From assembly GCA_964187785.1 (NCBI GenBank), contig OZ076409.1:6388001-6452000 (forward strand): DNA of 64,000 bases, written 5' to 3'. The position numbers and the translations under genes were made by a program. Every line of letters begins with the position of its first letter. The stretch's first letter is position 1. Origin of the DNA: Amphiscolops sp. MND2022 (Eukaryota). The notes beneath the pieces were generated by a model. That model saw only the letters and a program-made list of their open reading frames with translations. It was not told where the DNA came from and did not search any database. Below are positions 61,799-64,000 of this stretch, one piece after another.

Positions 61799-62145
61799 TT
61801 AGAGTTATCGCATTCGTTGTGATAAGTTGTTTTTCAGACTGTTGACTATTTTTCCACAGGTAAAATTTTCAAAGAATCAAATACTTTCGATTGCAACCTT
61901 TCAACAAAAACATTTTCAACATGAGATGGTTTGCAATCATTGACAGAATTCATGAGCAGTTTTCCGAGGCCGAAATCATCAAAAAAGAAGTTAATGGCAA
62001 AGAAAGCTTCCATTATTAGCTTTATTCTTTACTGTACAGCTTGCACAAAAGATTGTCGGGATTTGGGCAATGTGTTTTCTGTAGCGTGTCGACTTTCGCT
62101 TTTAATGGTTTTAATACGCCACAATCATTTGGTTTCTTAGAAAGA

Positions 62146-62736
62146 AACAAGACGAGAACGTCTAAAGTCGGCGCTGTATCTAACGATCAAAAAGCCCAAT
62201 TCGTTTGAATTTGTAAAAGAGAGGACCCTCTGAGCGTTTTAAAAATCCAGTTTGTTGCAAAATATCAAACACTTGAAGGATGGACCCTTTGGAGACAAAA
62301 AAAAATTGAGAATTTTGAAACTGTCTCATGGTTTCAAAAAACTACAAAAGGGTGACTCTCTGCGCTTTTTGAAACTTCAGTTTGCTGTAAAATATCAAAA
62401 CACTTGAAGGGGGACCCAACCGTATTGGCGCGCTTTTTCGGATTCTTAAACACCCATTCTGTTGCAAAATATCAAATAAAAAATGAAGGGGGGTCCTTTG
62501 AAGGTAGAAAAAAATATCTCGGAAAGAAGTCGCACAGTGCCGAACAAAATTGAAAGAGGGGATCCTTGAGTCTCGTCCGCTTTCGCAAATGGTCGAAAAT
62601 GTTTCTGGCTGAAGCAGGTACTCGAACCCGTGATCGCTGGGTTCCCCGTAGACCGCTTAAAGTCTGTCTTAAAAAGTGGTACATACACAAATGAGATCTG
62701 TGGTCTGACAAAAAAAGAGAAAAAACTAGCCACTGT
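62146..62736 (-). mobile_element. HINE family A copy (truncated)
   Basis: AACAAGACGAGAACGTCTAAAGTCGGCGCT; three internal gttgcaaaatatcaaa..gaagggg-like repeats; ends at aaaaactagccactgt. Confidence 0.75.
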
Positions 62737-63785
62737 TGTTTCGTAGCAAAGAAACTAAAAGAGAGAGAGCGAAAAAGGACCAGCGAAAGATGTAAAAAAG
62801 ATGGGACCGCAAAAAAATTTATAAAAACACGCAATGAAACGATGTTCAAAAAAGAGCAGTGAAAGCGTTGCGCGAAACGAGTGTGTTCAGAAAAACAGGA
62901 CTTCAAAAGAGCTGCAATTGGAAAAGTAAGGCAATATCTTATCTTAAACAAAAGACCGCGTGAAAACAAAAGAAAGCTTTGCGATTCTTTGTTGAATCGA
63001 AATCGCCTTTTTGGTGAAGTTTTGTTCGCAAAGATTTCACACTAACTAAGATAAGCTTAGAAATTTATTCTTAGAAATTTGGCCTTTGCTACGCTCGATG
63101 TTGATGTGAGGTCAACTTAGCCGTTCGAAGAGAACCCAACACTAGAACAACTCAGTACTGTCCATATCTTTTGAAAGTTATGGGTTCCCGCTGTGAGTGA
63201 ACGGTGTTTCCTCAATGTTTGCAGTGAAAGTTCTCTTCTTTTAGAGTCGCAAGCGAAGGGGGAAAGTGGGGAAGGAGTCTTAAGCGAGCAAATCCCGATG
63301 CTCGATTTGCTTTCAGAAGGTTCACTTTTTGATCAGAGATCAGTGAAAGTTCTGTGTTTCCTTCAATTGTGAGTCCGACGAAGGAAGGGAAGCAGTAACC
63401 AAGATCTTCAGAGAAGCATAGGTTTCTACTGTGAAACACTAGGCCGTGTGGCAAGTTTAAATTGAAAAAGATGACGAGATCATTACAGTTTCCAAACATA
63501 AAGCCGACAATTTACATTTAATATATTGAAGAAGAATGATGAAGAACTCAAAGTATGAAGTGTTATTTACAGAACAAGAGAAAAACAAGTCGAACAAATT
63601 AGGTTCGAAACAAGGCAATGATTATTAAACAACAAAGTATTGGATTGTTTGTGAATAAAGGCATTTTCATAGTTTGAACAGTTTCAAGATTGCATTATGC
63701 TAATTTTTCCTTCAGCTGTGAAATGCATTAGCGATTGCATCAGCCAATTGAATGAACGCCATGTTGATACACAAAAATCACTTCG

Positions 63786-63890
63786 GTCGGCCATGTTGAT
63801 TATGCAAAGTTCACCGTGACAAAAACGGCCATGTTGATGCAACAAAGTTCCCCGTGACCAAAACGGCCATGTTGATGCACCAAAGCTCAC
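63786..63890. repeat. Short ~37-bp tandem repeat (3 degenerate copies)
   Basis: cggccatgttgat..caaagttc repeated three times. Confidence 0.7.
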
Positions 63891-64000
63891 GATGAGACAT
63901 CCCGGCCGCTTTAAACAAGACTGCTTGTTCAATTTTCGTCCTGAGTAGAAAGACGTCGCAATTTCACCACAGGTCGAAGAAAACATCCGCCATTTCGAAA

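Noticed and set aside
63212..63986. Two minus-strand ORFs of ~95-100 aa
   Set aside because: No recognisable motifs or splice chain; one overlaps a short tandem repeat.

Overview
AT-rich, repeat-dense eukaryotic (animal-like) genomic DNA with one 200-N assembly gap. Two large integrated virus-like elements dominate. (1) An 18.3-kb Ty3/Gypsy LTR element (13455-31721; ~269-bp TG..CA LTRs, ATAT target-site duplication). It has an unusually long gag-pol (CCHC knuckle, RS-rich domain, protease, RT YIDD, RNase H, integrase), a chuvirus-like/class III glycoprotein env, and about five extra ORFs: a small membrane peptide before gag, a P/S/T-rich ORF between pol and env, and three ORFs after env, some with splice signals. 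It resembles a complex endogenous retrovirus. (2) A 14.6-kb Maverick/Polinton (adintovirus-like) element (45551-60152; AGTAGT termini, ~110-bp TIRs, CATGAA 6-bp TSD). It encodes pPolB, integrase, major and minor capsid proteins, an adenain-like protease and two tandem A32-like packaging ATPases. Nine of its genes start at TAAATG, and a GC-rich ~17-bp mini-hairpin motif recurs inside its coding regions. Both elements carry stops and frameshifts. Six phase-compatible + strand exons (2133-36516) reconstruct the 3' part of a host gene ending in a RING-H2 finger; the Gypsy element would lie in its last intron. The rest is a second Gypsy gag-protease fragment, two degenerate Tc1/mariner elements, solo-LTR-like repeats, two Helentron/DINE-1-like (HINE) families, MITEs, minisatellites and a perfect 89-bp palindrome. 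All family assignments come from motif recognition by eye, not database searches.
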